Of a DNA stretch of 64,000 nt, positions 1 through 14,443 are shown in pieces (the first letter of the stretch is position 1; each line of letters opens with the position of its first letter). This DNA comes from Octopus vulgaris. Its lineage: Eukaryota. The stretch lies in NCBI GenBank assembly GCA_951406725.2, contig OX597820.1:42098001-42162000 (forward strand). Direction: 5' to 3'. The notes under the pieces are model-generated. The model saw nothing but the letters and a program-made list of their open reading frames with translations, had not been told where the DNA came from and did no database searches. Position numbers and translations under genes: made by a program.

Positions 1-380
1 GTGTTTTTCATTTCAATAAACGCAGAAACTCTTCAGGAAAAATCGATTTCAGGGTGAAAATAAGTTCAGAACAAAATGAAACAGAAGAAAACTATAAAAA
101 GAAAGGAAAAATATAATAAAAAAATAAACTATTATTGTTATTATAAAGAGCAAATAAATAAATGAATAAATAAAGGTTAAATCTTTAAATTCAAAATCCA
201 ATAAAAGTCTTTAGAATTCGAAGATTAACCTTTCGGCTTTGATTTCTTGTTTTGAGGATCTTTGTAGGTAGATTCTCTTCGAAATATAAGACCATTTCTT
301 TCTATATTTACTGTCTGAAGTGAGAACGCATAAAGCAGAAGCACGTGCATCCACAAATACGTATATATAGCTACATATAG

Positions 381-409
381 ATACACACACACACACATAC
401 ACACACACA

Positions 410-450
<41 letters not shown>

Positions 451-620
451 ACAAACACACACACAACACATATCAGTAGAAACACTGAATCTTCTGGGAA
501 ATTTACCTGTGATAGAGTGCTTTATGTCTTTGGAGATTCAGTTTTCACTCTCCCTACCTCTCCATCCGTCTGTTTCTCTCTCTGTGTGACTCTCACTCCC
601 CTTATGACTCTCTCTCTCTC

Positions 621-660
<40 letters not shown>

Positions 661-680
661 TCACTCTCTCACTCTGATGT
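381..680. repeat. microsatellites (CA)n/(CT)n; representative of dozens of arrays, e.g. 1691-1818, 8341-8540, 12530-12730, 17600-17750, 20090-20420, 38520-38712, 41690-43560, 57280-57620, 63030-63155
   Basis: Direct reading; these arrays produce most ORF-track entries. Confidence 0.97.
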
Positions 681-1339
681 ATATAATGTTTCGGAGGCTA
701 GTTATGTGCTAGAAGTCACTGAAATAAGGAACTCAGGACAAGAATAACGCTATAAACATATACATGGAGAGAATAACGCTTTCTCTACGAATGGTTAGAT
801 GATACGTTTATACAGACCCAAAACTTGCAGCCTTTTGTAACATGTGTGTGTGTGTGCGTGTATAGTAGAAGTAGAAGTAAAAATGTCCTTGGTACAGTAC
901 ATATTTTGGTACATATTTTGGTACATATTTTGAAAGATACATAGAAATGGGTTTTCTGATGATTTTTCAACTTTAATAATTAGATGTTTACAAATTAAAC
1001 ACCTAATAATTTATAAACATCAAATTGATAAAGTGAAAAAATTATCGGAAAATCCATTTCCATTTATTTTTTTCAAATGTATATATAAATTTATAAAATT
1101 ATAAAACAAGAAGATAGAATGAACAGGTTTTAGTCACAAATATCAACTATTGTTTCTATGGCTTGTTAACAGTTGTTAGTTACTGAGGCTTCCATATCAT
1201 ACCATGTAGATATTATATAAATACATATGATCAAGCAGTAGGTGTCTACTCGCACGCCATCGGGTGAGTGTCTTTGAGAGCACAACTGGATCGCAACCGA
1301 TTTCCATTATTTTATACCTATTATGGCAAACGATAATCG

Positions 1340-1819
<480 letters not shown>

Positions 1820-3684
1820 TTTGTGTGCACAAGCGTACCCGTTCTTATCTGAAGAGTAGGGACAATTAGATAGTGAACAAGACTAACTCTCGACAGTTTT
1901 TGCTGTAAGTGAGTGTTACAGATATTAGAGGAATTAAACTCCATAATGTAAGTAAATTATTTAATTAAATGTTGTTGTATGTGCCAGCCTCTGAATTTTT
2001 ATGTAAGAGTACTTTTAATTATATTCTACTAAATTCAGGATTCTTGCATCCCATTCTGAAAACCAGCCTCGCCCTTTTTAAATCGTGATTTGACTAGGAA
2101 AAATTTTGCTTCAATCATTTGGATGGTTTGCTCTAAATAAGATATTATTAGCCATTCTACAGAAGGTCATTTATTTAGATTTGTAGAGACGCCATTCATT
2201 GATCTGCAACGACATTTACATTTTGACCTTTCTATTGAAATAGGTCTCGCTGCTGCGTTTCAAAATCTCATCGCTGATGCACGAGGTATCCTGTCAGTTG
2301 GTGTTCGTTCTTGAATGCGGTGTACAGAGGGATACAGTGCGTCATAAGTTCATTGTTTTCATTTTCTCCTAAAATTCATTTCTTTTCCTCAACTTTCTTT
2401 ACTTTTATTTTCAAAATTAATTTCCGTCGCATCTCGTCTGCGATGTCAATAGGTTATTCAAACTTAGATTTTTCTGTGATTGTTTTTGTTTTATATGATA
2501 AATCTGAATAAATATTAACTTCAGTAATTTATGAAAGAAAACAGAAGAAAAAAAATGAATAGTAAATTTTCTTTAATTTAGAGAGTAATACGAAATAATC
2601 ACAATGCGTAAAAGAATATGATTTGCAGTTGTTGAGCCAAATATGAAGTTATTTTGGGAAGAAATATCGCAAGTGGCCGAGTGTAAAGAATCAGGTTGCA
2701 AGCCGATTTTCTGAATTTTCAATTTAGTCATGAATGTCTTTACTGTATCTTTAAAGTTAACAATATATTTCGAAGGCTGGTTAAGAAATGTTGGATTAGA
2801 AATGATGGTCCAGCATTCATCTTCAGATTGTTACTTTCTGAGATAGAATCCTGTCGCGGTTACTTTCACCAAGTGTGTTTGATATAATAAATTACATTTT
2901 ATGTACAAGTGACACTTCAAGTAACTGCATACCATTGATCCATATGAAGTTGATATAGTAAGTGTGTATTGTAGTTAAGTTGGAAAATTTAGTGAAGATG
3001 AAGCTAAGTATTAATCAGTGAAATCAGATTTTCGGCAATGGAAATAGAAAAAAAAAATTAACGAGTTTTAAATTGAGTGGAAATCGAAAACTCGGAAGTT
3101 AGGTGCAAGATATGCAGAAGACGGCAACTGGCGAAAGCTATAAGATATGGAAGGAAGAGAAACCAAGAGAAATGTCAGCCGTTTTCTCATCAGTCTTGCT
3201 ATCACTTAGTCTTTCTTAGCTCATCAATCTTATTGCACATCTTATATAATTTTACTACGATAAATGTAACAACCGGGTTAAGTCTTCAAATTAATTGGAA
3301 CAGACAGCTTCCGATCATTACTAATTGGGAATCCAAACGATAAAAAAGAATTCAACATAGTAATAATACAATCAAACATTTATCAAATTGAGTCACCTGA
3401 CAGTGCCTAATCGATTACAAGTTGGGTTGAAAAAACGGTACAAAGCTAAGTCATATTTAACATCTAAAGAACTTAAATTAAATAAATTCAACTTGTATAT
3501 TATATTTGTATGCGAGTCTTTCTTTATCCATATTATCCATGTGCACACGCACACACACATACATACAAGCACACCCCCACACACAAACACACACACATAC
3601 ACACCACACATAAATATGCCTATATATATGCCAATATATATGCCAATATATATGCCAATATATATATATATATATATATTTTCC

Positions 3685-3789
3685 TAACCGATCAGACCAT
3701 CAGATGTTGTTACACATCGCTGGTCACAATGCGTTCGCATTGTTTTAGCCTTCGAATGACGCCACCCCGCTGGCTAAGCGAGCAGGCCA

Positions 3790-3790
<1 letters not shown>
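3685..3790 (+). mobile_element. short GC-rich retroposon (SINE/LINE 3' tail) fragment embedded in (TA)n
   Basis: CCGATCAGACCATCAGATG...GACGCCACCCCGCTGGCTAAGCGAGCAGGCCAA is a CpG-rich island flanked by TA repeats on both sides; family assignment is by recognition only. Confidence 0.45.
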
Positions 3791-3826
<36 letters not shown>

Positions 3827-3839
3827 AATGTATATATGT

Positions 3840-4306
3840 AGTTCAAATTTACAGAAAACAAAAGATGAAGACAGGCGAAGGAGTAACAAGCAGGTATATT
3901 AGTTTAACGCCCGGGAAGAATGGAAATGTCTTTGACGTTTCGGCAGAAAGGATAGAGAGAAAAAATGGAAAGGGAATAAATAAAAAGAAAACGGAGAGAG
4001 ACAAAAAGAGTAGGGGATAACGGTTCACCCTGATGAAATGGCCGGAAGAAAGCGGCTGTGTAAAAGGGAGATAATAACGGTGACCCGGCCGAGCTAGGGT
4101 GTGCAAGCACCTTTGTGTATGTGAGAACGGTGTGTATGAATGTGTATTTGTGAATGGGGCCGAGCGTGTGTGAATGAATGTGTAGGTGAACTTAAAATAA
4201 TGTGGGCTTATGTGTATGTATATGTATAAGTAACCTAGTCCGTACATTTTGTGGAGTGATGTGCGTCTCATGTACAGGTGTGTATGTGTATGCGTATGAA
4301 CGTGTG

Positions 4307-4343
<37 letters not shown>

Positions 4344-4490
4344 TTGCCGTGTGTGTGTGTGAATGTGTACAAGTAACCTAGTGCGGGTGTTGTGTGGAGT
4401 GATGTGCGTTTTGTGTATTTCTGGTGTGTGTGTGTGCGTGTATGTACGTATATTTGAGTGTTTGCGTGTGTGTAGATTACCTAAAACTAA
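3840..4490 (-). mobile_element. Penelope-like element 3' fragment (Neptune-like family)
   Basis: Collinear with 9545-9900 (GTTCAAATTT.CAGAAAAC.AAGA.GAA.ACAGG..AGG..AACAAGCAGGTATA..AGTTTAACGC.CGGGA; GGGTGCACAAGC..TTTGT). The HHR is internally deleted (CTTTCTGCCGAAACGTCAAAG). Abuts (TA)n. Confidence 0.7.
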
Positions 4491-5046
4491 CAAGAAAAAG
4501 ATAAAGGAAGTAAAAAGATGCATATTATAGAATTAAGTTTCATAACATAATAGAAAATTGATGTCAGAAAACAGAGTTGGCGAGAGAGAAAGATAGAACG
4601 GTAGAAACATTGAGAATGTGGTACAACGGATACAAAAGAAGAATTCTTGTGTTGACAACAAAAATCCGTTGCTTTTCATTGAGCTATTGAAGAGGGTAAA
4701 TTGAAAATAAAATATCACATCCATGATAAATGTTTAATTACTTAGATGACAGTTACCGTTATTTGTGCCGTTTAAGCCGTCACTAAGGGCAACAATACTT
4801 TCTACAATTCAGCGAAAGTTATAAAATGAATTCTATATAATTGGTGAAAATACCGATGGTAAGACGATTGTTATTTTTTGTTTATGATACCAGACGAAAC
4901 AGATGACTGAGATATATGCATTAAAGGTGGTTTATAACCGTCAAGTAGACTACCTGCATTCCACTTTCTACCGAGAGCAATACAGTCCAAAAAAGCAAGG
5001 AGAATGGTGTAAGTGAATATTTGTCAAGCGAGAGAAACCGAAAAAT

Positions 5047-5087
<41 letters not shown>

Positions 5088-5283
5088 AGGAGGAACGAGA
5101 AGTATTGTAGTGAGTGATCGATGATATACAGGAAGAGAGAAAGTGAGAGAGAAAGAGAGAGAAGTTATTCATAAATAAAAATTTAAAGTCACATAGAACG
5201 AAAGGGAAAATATATATGATCTTTATATATATATATACATATATATACATACATACATGCATACATATATATGTGTGTGTCTC

Positions 5284-5333
<50 letters not shown>

Positions 5334-5907
5334 CGTGTGTGTATGTATGTATATATGTATATGCATTTCTGTTTCCCACCGTTTCTATTTATGCATATAC
5401 TTAACACCTTTAATAAATGAATGAAAGTCACAAATCGTTCTTTCTTCAAATCAGTAAGACCAATTATAAACTGATGGATATCTCTCATTATGAAAATCCT
5501 GGCAAGATATATAAAATGTGTTTGAAATCTCGACCGAAAAGCGTATAGCCTTTTAACTCACGACAAATGATATACTATCGACCTAGCATGTTACCGCTTT
5601 GTAGTTTATTGACTTCGTAGTAATGAAAATCAAACTTGATTCCAGACACACGATATAGTGAGGCTGAAACAACCTTATATCCAGTACGACTCTTTAATCT
5701 TAACTTCACCTTTACAAATCTAAAATAATAAAGAAGATTATTTCATAACCGTGACTACGTAGTTTCTTGGCAAATATAATTCGCTTATTTGTTGTTAGCT
5801 GTGTGATAAAATGGCTCCAACAAATATTAGAAAATGATTCATAAATTATTTTATTGTCCCAAACTTGAAATGAAATCTGAAAATGATAGCGATCTTATAC
5901 TCGCATA

Positions 5908-5956
<49 letters not shown>

Positions 5957-7008
5957 ATGATTGCTACACTTTCTAGAGCCAGTCTGCAAATTGTCTATAA
6001 TCAAATGTAGAAAGAGCGCACGATTGAAACAATCTAAGAAACGGCAGTGCTGTCTTTTTTTTTTCTTTTTTTTTTGAGTACTGCATCAAGTTATTAAAAG
6101 GACAATATCAGGAAATCTGAATGGTTTTAAATCTATTAATCTATTTCATCTCATGTAGGGTACGATCATATGTAGGGCATAAAAATTATAATGCTGCTAA
6201 TGTTATTTGTAATGAAACGAACTTTTGAAACGTAAATAAGTAGTTGATAAAGTAGAGAGAATACAATACGTCACAGATTAATTATAAAATCGTTGTCTCT
6301 ACAAAGTGCACCCTAAAAATCAAGGAATATAAAGGAATTTGTGCATACAAAAGCTTACAATAAATTACACTAAAAGCCATCACTTTCATCTTTGTAGGCA
6401 CCTGTACACGATGTATATTCAATGTATTTTGACAAAACAGTGGAAGAGATTACGACTAGTCAATCGAAATATTCAATTTTGGTGCCATCAGAAAGCTCTG
6501 CTATTCTTACTTTAAAGGGAAGCACCGTGATGTAAATCTCCAATATTTAGATAACATCGTCCATCCCCGCAATATATACATATATATATAAACTTTAATC
6601 AAATCACCTTTTTTTTTCGGATATCATACAGCTTATAAATAAGAAAAGTCTATAAATAAACATTTTCTTGAAGTCCTTAAGCACTATAAAGTCATTAGCA
6701 GGACTTTATGCAATTAATATGACTTTTCATAACTTCTATTGTCAAGATAACGAGAAGAATCTCTCGTTTATACATTCTTTTCTATGTTCGACTACAACCG
6801 TGAAAAAATATTCTCATATGTAATTGTCTTCTAAATCGTCTATATTTTTCTATAGCAAGATTGACAAACATACGGCCCACATATTTCGCGTCTGATTCGT
6901 GGCAATGATTAATCTATCCCCTCGTCCACATAATATATATATAATTTTATTATTTTTTAAGTTTGAATTATTCTTCAGAATATGTTTATTTTGTAAGAGT
7001 TCAGAATC

Positions 7009-7062
7009 GGGCGGTCGGCTGGAATCGCTTTAAATACCTGTTTCGATTAGTCAAATCAGTGA
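7009..7062 (+). promoter_or_regulatory. candidate Pol II core promoter (GC box + TATA-like + Inr)
   Basis: GGGCGG at 7009-7014, TTTAAATA at 7029-7036, TCAGT Inr at 7056-7060 (A about 29 nt after the TATA start). Confidence 0.3.
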
Positions 7063-7133
7063 ATCTTTCATTATCTTAAACAATTAAAAGAGCGCGTTTC
7101 AATCTTAAAGATGTGAACTTTTTTCCGTTCACC

Positions 7134-7161
7134 ATGTGTATGCACGTCGAGCAAAACGAAA
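7134..7161 (+). CDS. candidate first coding exon (MCMHVEQNE, phase 1), gene unknown
   Basis: CACC-ATG Kozak-like start about 75 nt after the Inr, open to an A|GTATGT donor. No homology is recognisable. Confidence 0.2.
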
Positions 7162-8339
7162 GTATGTTTCCTTGTTCTCAAATTCACGTTCATGTTCGTC
7201 CATATAGAAATATTTTGAAACTAAAAATAGTGCAATCTCTCTATCAAGAATTGGTTTTCTGAAGAAATGTGTGCATTCATTTGAAAAATTATGTTCGTTC
7301 ACTCTCTTAGGACTGTATATGTGGCAAGCAAATCAATCTTTCCAATACGTTTCTACATATCATTATTTTTTTTTTTACTTGTAATAAAGTGTTTATAATG
7401 CGAATTGAACATTGGTTCAGTCACTTCGGTCTTTATTATAAGATCTAGTTTACACTTCAATCTGTTCTGCAAACAAGTTTGATACCATGTTCTAAAGCGA
7501 TAGTTACCCGAAGTAAGGTCTTCCTAGCACATCCAATAAAGCAAAATCTATATACGGTTTAAATCTATTTTACAGTTGTACTATGACATTTGAATATATG
7601 AACGTGTTATGTATTTTCTTTTGCCTTTTATGGGCAACTAACATATCGATGATTAATAATATTTCGATGTTTTCACGATAATTTCTGGTCATACAATATT
7701 ACGCAACTTGCCTAATTCGATTGCGAGAAACACAGAGAAATGACTGGATCAGTTTCGGTTTACAACAGATGATACATGGCGATGGTTTGAACACTTTTCC
7801 TTCGTTTTCCAAAATACAAACACTCATCAGTATGAGCGCACACGTATCCATGAATATATTTTAAGCTAACATTTATACGGGCCAACGAGAGAACACCATG
7901 AGTACTCTCTTGGAGTGCTAAAATTCCTAACAAAATTTCCTTAGATAACACTGTCTTTCTTTAACAGAAGAATGGCACATTAGATAATGTACTTATGAAG
8001 ATAAAGTGATATAGCCAGAGAGAATAATAGCTGTGCTTAATCACTGTTAACACGAGGACAGTCCATAACAAACATTACACACGCGTGCCTCACACAGACT
8101 ATACTGTATATGTGGAATGAGCACAGAAAACAGAATATGGTGACAATTGCTTTGATACCTAAAAGTCAATATCTCTTACCCGTATTTCCTACTATTCTGA
8201 TACATCCGTACAGAAAGTTACAACACAGAGGGGGAACGGCAAATAGTAAACATCAAATAATTTGCTTATATTGATTTCTCTTTCCCTTCTTATATCGTTA
8301 TTACCCCACTCGCGATGAACACGCACAGAGTATTAAAAG

Positions 8340-8442
<103 letters not shown>

Positions 8443-8480
8443 CATATATATATATATATATACATACATACATACATACA

Positions 8481-8512
<32 letters not shown>

Positions 8513-9091
8513 CATACATACATACATACATACATACATAGACAGACAGCTAGACAAATGCACAATGAACATTCGTACAAAAACATATAAGTATAGATAA
8601 ATATTTTCTCATCTTATTTTCCCACTGTATTTCTTTGCCTCCTTTTTGTATCTAAAACTTAATTATCGGAGACTGAGTTGACTAAAGAGAATATTACCGT
8701 AGGGTATGAAACGATCCATTCATCCATCCATCCATCAATCCATCCATACGTATGAACGTATATACATATAATATGATTCCTATACACATATCTTGTATAT
8801 CTACCTATTAACTACATACACTGAATACATCAGGCACTGTAGAACAGTGAATATACTCAGCGCTACATCATTGCAGCAGAATCATAATCCACATCACCTC
8901 TGTCTGCAATAGGGACATCAGTTACACATATGTAATATAGATGAAGAATTTGCGATGTGTTCAGTGAAATGGTACTTTTATGAACTATTCTGAAAACGAG
9001 ATTATAACACGTGGTTCTGCAAGAAAAAATGAATGAAAAGTTTTCATAACATTAAAGAACATTTTATAAATCATCTGTATGCGCTCTACAT

Positions 9092-9124
<33 letters not shown>

Positions 9125-9133
9125 ATACACACT

Positions 9134-9176
<43 letters not shown>

Positions 9177-9544
9177 CGCTCTATACACACACACTCATAC
9201 AGATGTTTGCAGATTCTGTGAAACACAGGTGAAACTCAGAGTAGCAAAAAACTGACTCGACCAAATTAACCTCTTTCTCTCTCTCTCTCTCCCCATCTCT
9301 CTCTCTCTCTCTCCCATCTCTCTCTCTCTTTCTCTCTCTCTCTCATATACATATTGTGTTCTCATTGCAAAATAATTCTGTGTCCCATGTATACCCGTGT
9401 GATATTGTCTATAACTCATTGCGGAAGATGAAACATCTAGTCATAAGGAAATAATTTTGTTTCAGGACATACAACTGTATAAATACACGTATGCGTGTGT
9501 ATGCATATATGGTTATTAATATTGATATTCCTTTATATATACAT

Positions 9545-10740
9545 ATAGTTCAAATTTGCAGAAAACGAAAGACGAACACAGGTGTAGGATCAACAAGCAG
9601 GTATATAAGTTTAACGCTCGGGACAAATGGAAGAGTCTTATAGGTTTCGAGCCTACGTTCTTCGACAGAAAGAAGTAAGATAAAAATTGGACAGAGAATG
9701 AAAAGAAGCGGAGAGAGAAAAACTGTGCAGAGTGCATTGATCCAACATGGCGATATGACTGTAAAAGAAGAGGTTGAATAAAAGGGAGACAATAATAAAA
9801 ACGGTAATTGTGCCCCCGACAACCCAGGGTGCACAAGCGTTTGTTTGTGTATATGAGAATGGTATGTGAGTGTGTATGTGTGAATTGGGTGAGTGAGTCT
9901 AACGTCTGTGTGTGTGTGTGTGTGTGTGCATGTGTGTTGCGCGTGTGTGCGTATATATTGTCTGTGTTCAGCTTTTATGTGCTTGTGAGTGTCTGGGAAT
10001 GTGCATGATGGTGTGCAGTGTCTGTACTGAGTTAAACAGTGTATGTGGCTGCTTGTATAGTTATATGTGTGTAACGATATTGAAGATTGTGTGTGGGCAT
10101 GCGGATAATGGTGTGTGGTGTGGGTGCTGAAAAGCGGTCGGTGCTAGTGTGGGTGGAGTGGGAAGGTGTTGTGGGTATGTGTGCGTAATGGTGTGTGAAG
10201 TGAGTAATGTCTTGAACAGTGTGTATGGGTGTTTGCTTAGTGGTGTGAGTGTGGTGAGGGTACCAAGGTAGGCGGGATGCAGGTCGGTAGGGGAATGGGG
10301 GAAGTTGAATGTGGGAGGTTTGTGGGAGTTCGGGTGGCACCTGTGCAGAAACACTCCGCATACAGACAGCTGATGTAGCAAATGACCGGTAGAATAGGAG
10401 TAGCGCGAACCGGGGTGTCATTGCTGAGTCTGATGTCTCGGTGGTGCTCCACGAACCGGTCAGCCAAACGGCGTCCCGTTTCACTAAAGTACAGGGAAGG
10501 ACACTGAAAGCAGGAGGAAGTAAATAACATTACTAGAGGTGCAGGTAAAGGATTCGTTGACGTGATAGGGATGGTGATGGATGCCAGAGAAAGGTGGTGT
10601 TGGAGCGGTAGGAGCAGGTGCGACAGCGTGGGCGGCAGCAGGGGAAGGATCCAGGCTGGGAAACAGAGGTAGGGAAGAAACTGTGGACCAGGAAATCACG
10701 CAGGTTATGGGCTCGTTTGAAGGAGGGAATGGGTAGCTTT
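9545..10740 (-). mobile_element. 5'-truncated Penelope-like retroelement (Neptune-like GIY-YIG endonuclease, frameshifted) with pseudo-LTR
   Basis: Minus-strand frames give PSFKRAHNLRDFLVHS...PGSFPCCRPRCRTC...ESFTCTSSNVIY...CQCPSLYFSETGRRLADRFVEHHRDIR...TPV, i.e. VIY...Y-GET-R-L--RF-EH of PLE GIY-YIG with an upstream Cys motif. This is followed by a CA-rich UTR and an HHR-bearing terminus. Confidence 0.85.
9637..9672 (-). ncRNA. minimal type I hammerhead-like motif (core variant CUGUCGA)
   Basis: Minus strand CTTT-CTGTCGA-A-GAAC-GTAG-GCTC-GAAAC-CTA-TAAG; same architecture as the canonical HHR at 50665-50700. Confidence 0.5.
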
Positions 10741-11714
10741 TTATATTATTAACCCTGGAGGGATGAAGCGTTAATTTGACCTTAGCGAGGTCTTATGCAG
10801 GGGGCTAATACACGGTCCTTCAGCCCGCCAGAAAAATAATGTATCTAAATCTCCCTAAAATCAGACACCACTTACATTATTACGTAAAAAGATTCTGCAT
10901 ACCCTGAAAACACGGGACAGTGGTAGCTGGTATGTCTTCGTTCATATGCCTGCTACGTTGGGATTGATCTGTAGCTACACATCGGCAACAGCAACAATGA
11001 TAAAGTGCTTTGAGTATATTTTTTTTTCTGATTACAAATAGCAAAACAATCACACCCTACATTTAAAACAAAAGGTAAAACATTAAGCAATATAGTCCCT
11101 GACATAAAAAAAAAAAAGAACTGTGATGGTCCCGACAGCAATGCCTCTTCTCATATGTCTGCTAAATCAGGACTGAGGTGGGATTACTGAAGAACAACAA
11201 ATATTACATTATCAACAGCAGTAATAATCACTATACTGTAAAGCGGTTTATTTACAAATGAACTAGGGAAATTCTATTCGCCAGCTCTACCTGTTAGAAA
11301 GAGTAACCAAATTTCGTTCAGATTGCATGAAGGAAGCAACACATTTTAAAGATATATAGTTTACAAGAGACTGCTAAAAAAAAAAAAAAGAGGAAATGGT
11401 CATGGCTGGATTATCTCAAATCACACATCTACTCGGACAGGGTTGGTACAGGGTAGAGGAACTATGACAAATATGCTGTATCTTTAAATAAAGGAAATAC
11501 AAAAGTAACCAAAGTAAAACTAAACAAAGTCTACCAATTACACCAGTACTGTTATCTCCAGTACCGTTATTAACAACAACTATAACAACAATTCCAAAAC
11601 TAACATCGCAACAAACACAAATACTGCTACTGCTGCCGGATATCATACTGTGCAGTTCCTCCTGTTTCTACTGCATGGCTGCCACCTGTGTTAATGCTGA
11701 TACTTCTACAACTA

Positions 11715-11925
11715 CTGCAGCCAGCAGCAGCAGCAGCAGCAACAACCGAAGCAGCAGCAGCAGCAGCAGCAGCAGCAACTGACAATGATAGTATCAATAC
11801 TTCTACGACGAATTTTACTATTACTACCTCTACTACTGCTGCACAACCTCTCCTACTCAGATTTTACTATTGCTGTTGTTGTCGTTATAGTTGCCACTGC
11901 TGCTTCTGCTGCTGCTGCTGCTGCT
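11715..11925. repeat. (CAG)n/(CTG)n/(ACT)n trinucleotide low-complexity block
   Basis: Runs of GCA, CTA and CTG; poly-Ala/Thr/Cys translations are repeat-derived. Confidence 0.8.
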
Positions 11926-12529
11926 AATGTAAATATTACAGTTACTAATTTCCAAACCCCAAATCGCTCATTTCTATCCGATTCGGACTGAGAAATTTAT
12001 TGTGCTGAAATAGTAATTCTATAGAACTACTGTTTGTATTCAGACCATTATAAACTAATGCAGTGCAACCTGGCATCTCTATGTCTCAAGGGATCTGTGA
12101 ACTGTCCCCTAAGTCATCGTGCCACGATACAATAAACTGTTATATGTTCATTAAGACAGACACTGAGAGAGAATAAAAGAAAAGCTTTAACACTTATATA
12201 TATATATGGTAAAAGAATATCTTGTACAAAATATTATATTGTTTTGTTTTACTTTGGTTGAATAAGAAGATCCTCAGAGTGGCAAAATAAAGGGATTCTG
12301 GTGCCTAAAAACCTTGTTGTGCAGGATGACCTCCCTCTACGTAAGGATTTTTCTATCCACACAATGTGTAAACATTAACTCGTAAACGCAGATATATGAA
12401 TGTTTGTATAAGTGTAGGTACATGCAGGTACAACTAATAACAAAATACACACAAATACAGATACAGGCACATATATATGCTTTCGCTCTCTTAATATTTA
12501 TTTTAGATGCCTTTTATATATGAGTATGT

Positions 12530-12589
<60 letters not shown>

Positions 12590-12630
12590 CTGTATATCTA
12601 CGTATGCATGTTTATATATATGTGTGTGTG

Positions 12631-12721
<91 letters not shown>

Positions 12722-13512
12722 TATATACACACGCTCATGCATAGGCCTTGTTGTAATTGTTTAACTCCGGCTTACGTTGATTAGCAAGACGTATCATAAA
12801 AAGTGGTCCAAATATGATTATTCTGACCTTGTTCATACAAAATGAAAGTAGGACTACTTGACTAAACGCCGACTATTTTTATGTTACTAGTGTGGTTTAC
12901 GGGGAATACATTCGGCAGCGACATTTACCACATCGAGCGAATGCTAAGTGTAAGCGTCATAGTATGTGTATGTCTGTGTGTAAATGTTTACATATGTGGG
13001 AGTGTGTTTACTGTTCGCAAAATGTCACTCTAGTGGACTTTATTATAGACTCCATCGCATCGGGTGGAGGAAAGAGGAATAAAGAAAAATAAAGAATAGA
13101 AACACGGTGACAAAATGCTGAATACTAAAATAGTATGTGATTTTAGTGTTATAACGTGAAACTAAATTACCAAGCCAAAATAATTTGCTGAAAATTATTT
13201 TCCTCTTCTTTACATTTCACTGTACTTATATATTTGCATTTATTTACACCCAAGATGACCTGGGACAAAAAGTACTTTATCTGACGTATAATAATTAGAG
13301 TGAAGTAATTCAAAGCATCAGATACAAAAATGAGTTTGACCCAGTGAAACATAACCAGATAAGTCACGTTAATTGGGGTTGTTATTGTTCTTTAGCACTG
13401 ATTGAACAAAGAAGTTTTGTCTGTGACTAAATCATCATTCACCATACATTTTGCATTACATTATCCGTAGTGTTCGGATATCTTAGAAGACAGCAGCTTA
13501 TGATTTGAGTTA

Positions 13513-13723
13513 GAAGGGTTGCTGAAAAGTTCGTGGCTTTGGGTAAAAGAAAATATAGGAGGATCAGTTAATTATTATTTTATTCAATATATTCCCCTCT
13601 CAGATTGACACAGTAATTGCAGCGGTCCTACAATTTTTCTAAGCTTTGTAAAAGAACTCGGAATGTTGAGCCTCCACCCAAGACGCGATACACTTAAGCC
13701 AGGAACTTTCCAGCAGCACCTTG
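13513..13723. mobile_element. mariner-type MITE (~210 bp)
   Basis: Imperfect TIRs GAAGGGTTGCTGAAAAGTTCGTGGCTT / AAGCCAGGAACTTTCCAGCAGCACCTTG, flanked by TA on both sides; no coding capacity. Confidence 0.7.
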
Positions 13724-14233
13724 TAGACATGAATGATATTTCTAACAAGCTAAGTGGCCAAGTAAAAATCTCTTAGCTCATGGTTATCTGTAAACATTGG
13801 ACCTGTGTATTAGTATTTGCGCTATGAGTTCGTCGAATGTATGTCTGTATGTAAATGTATGTATGTATGTATGTATGTATGTATGTATGTATGTATGTAT
13901 GTATGTATGTATGTATGTATGTATGTATGTATGTATGTATGTATATACTGACACGTTGCAGTTCCTGATCCTCTGAAGATGAAGGCTCTTGACTGGTGCA
14001 TAAATTTTCATCCACCATTCACTTCTTGGGATGTTCATGAATGCTTTTTTCTACGTAAAACTGACAAGTGCTGAATCAGAGCCAATCGCACCAGTTTTTG
14101 AAAACACGATTGCTATTTCTTCAGTACTTTCTCTCTCTTACTCTCTCTCTCTCTCTCTCTCACACACTTACACTTTCTGTGTCTCTCTCTCTTTCTCTCT
14201 GTCTTTCTCGACAATCGCACACGCACACACACA

Positions 14234-14275
<42 letters not shown>

Positions 14276-14408
14276 TTCCTCTTTTTCCCTCATCTCTATA
14301 CTTTTCTTCCTCTATCTTTCGTCTTGATCTCTCAGTCTGTCTGTTCGTTACTGTCTTTGTCATTGTCTCTCTGTTTCAGTCTCTATCTCTCCCATTCTTT
14401 CTCTCACC

Positions 14409-14443
<35 letters not shown>

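Noticed and set aside
2040-3480. Complex sequence that might be a decayed TE ORF
   Set aside because: Many stops in all frames and no diagnostic motif recognised.
4949-5014. Short open segment ending in a GTAAGT donor
   Set aside because: Poor acceptor and no recognisable homology.
11688-11991. Signal-peptide-like, Ala/Thr-rich ORFs
   Set aside because: Explained by CAG/ACT/CTG trinucleotide repeats; no ATG or splice support.
13950-14090. Minus-strand CCAAT + TCAGTT + MVDENLCTSQEPSSSEDQELQR mini-exon
   Set aside because: Weak donor (GTGTCA), CCAAT too close to the Inr, and it conflicts with an equally weak plus-strand exon reading.
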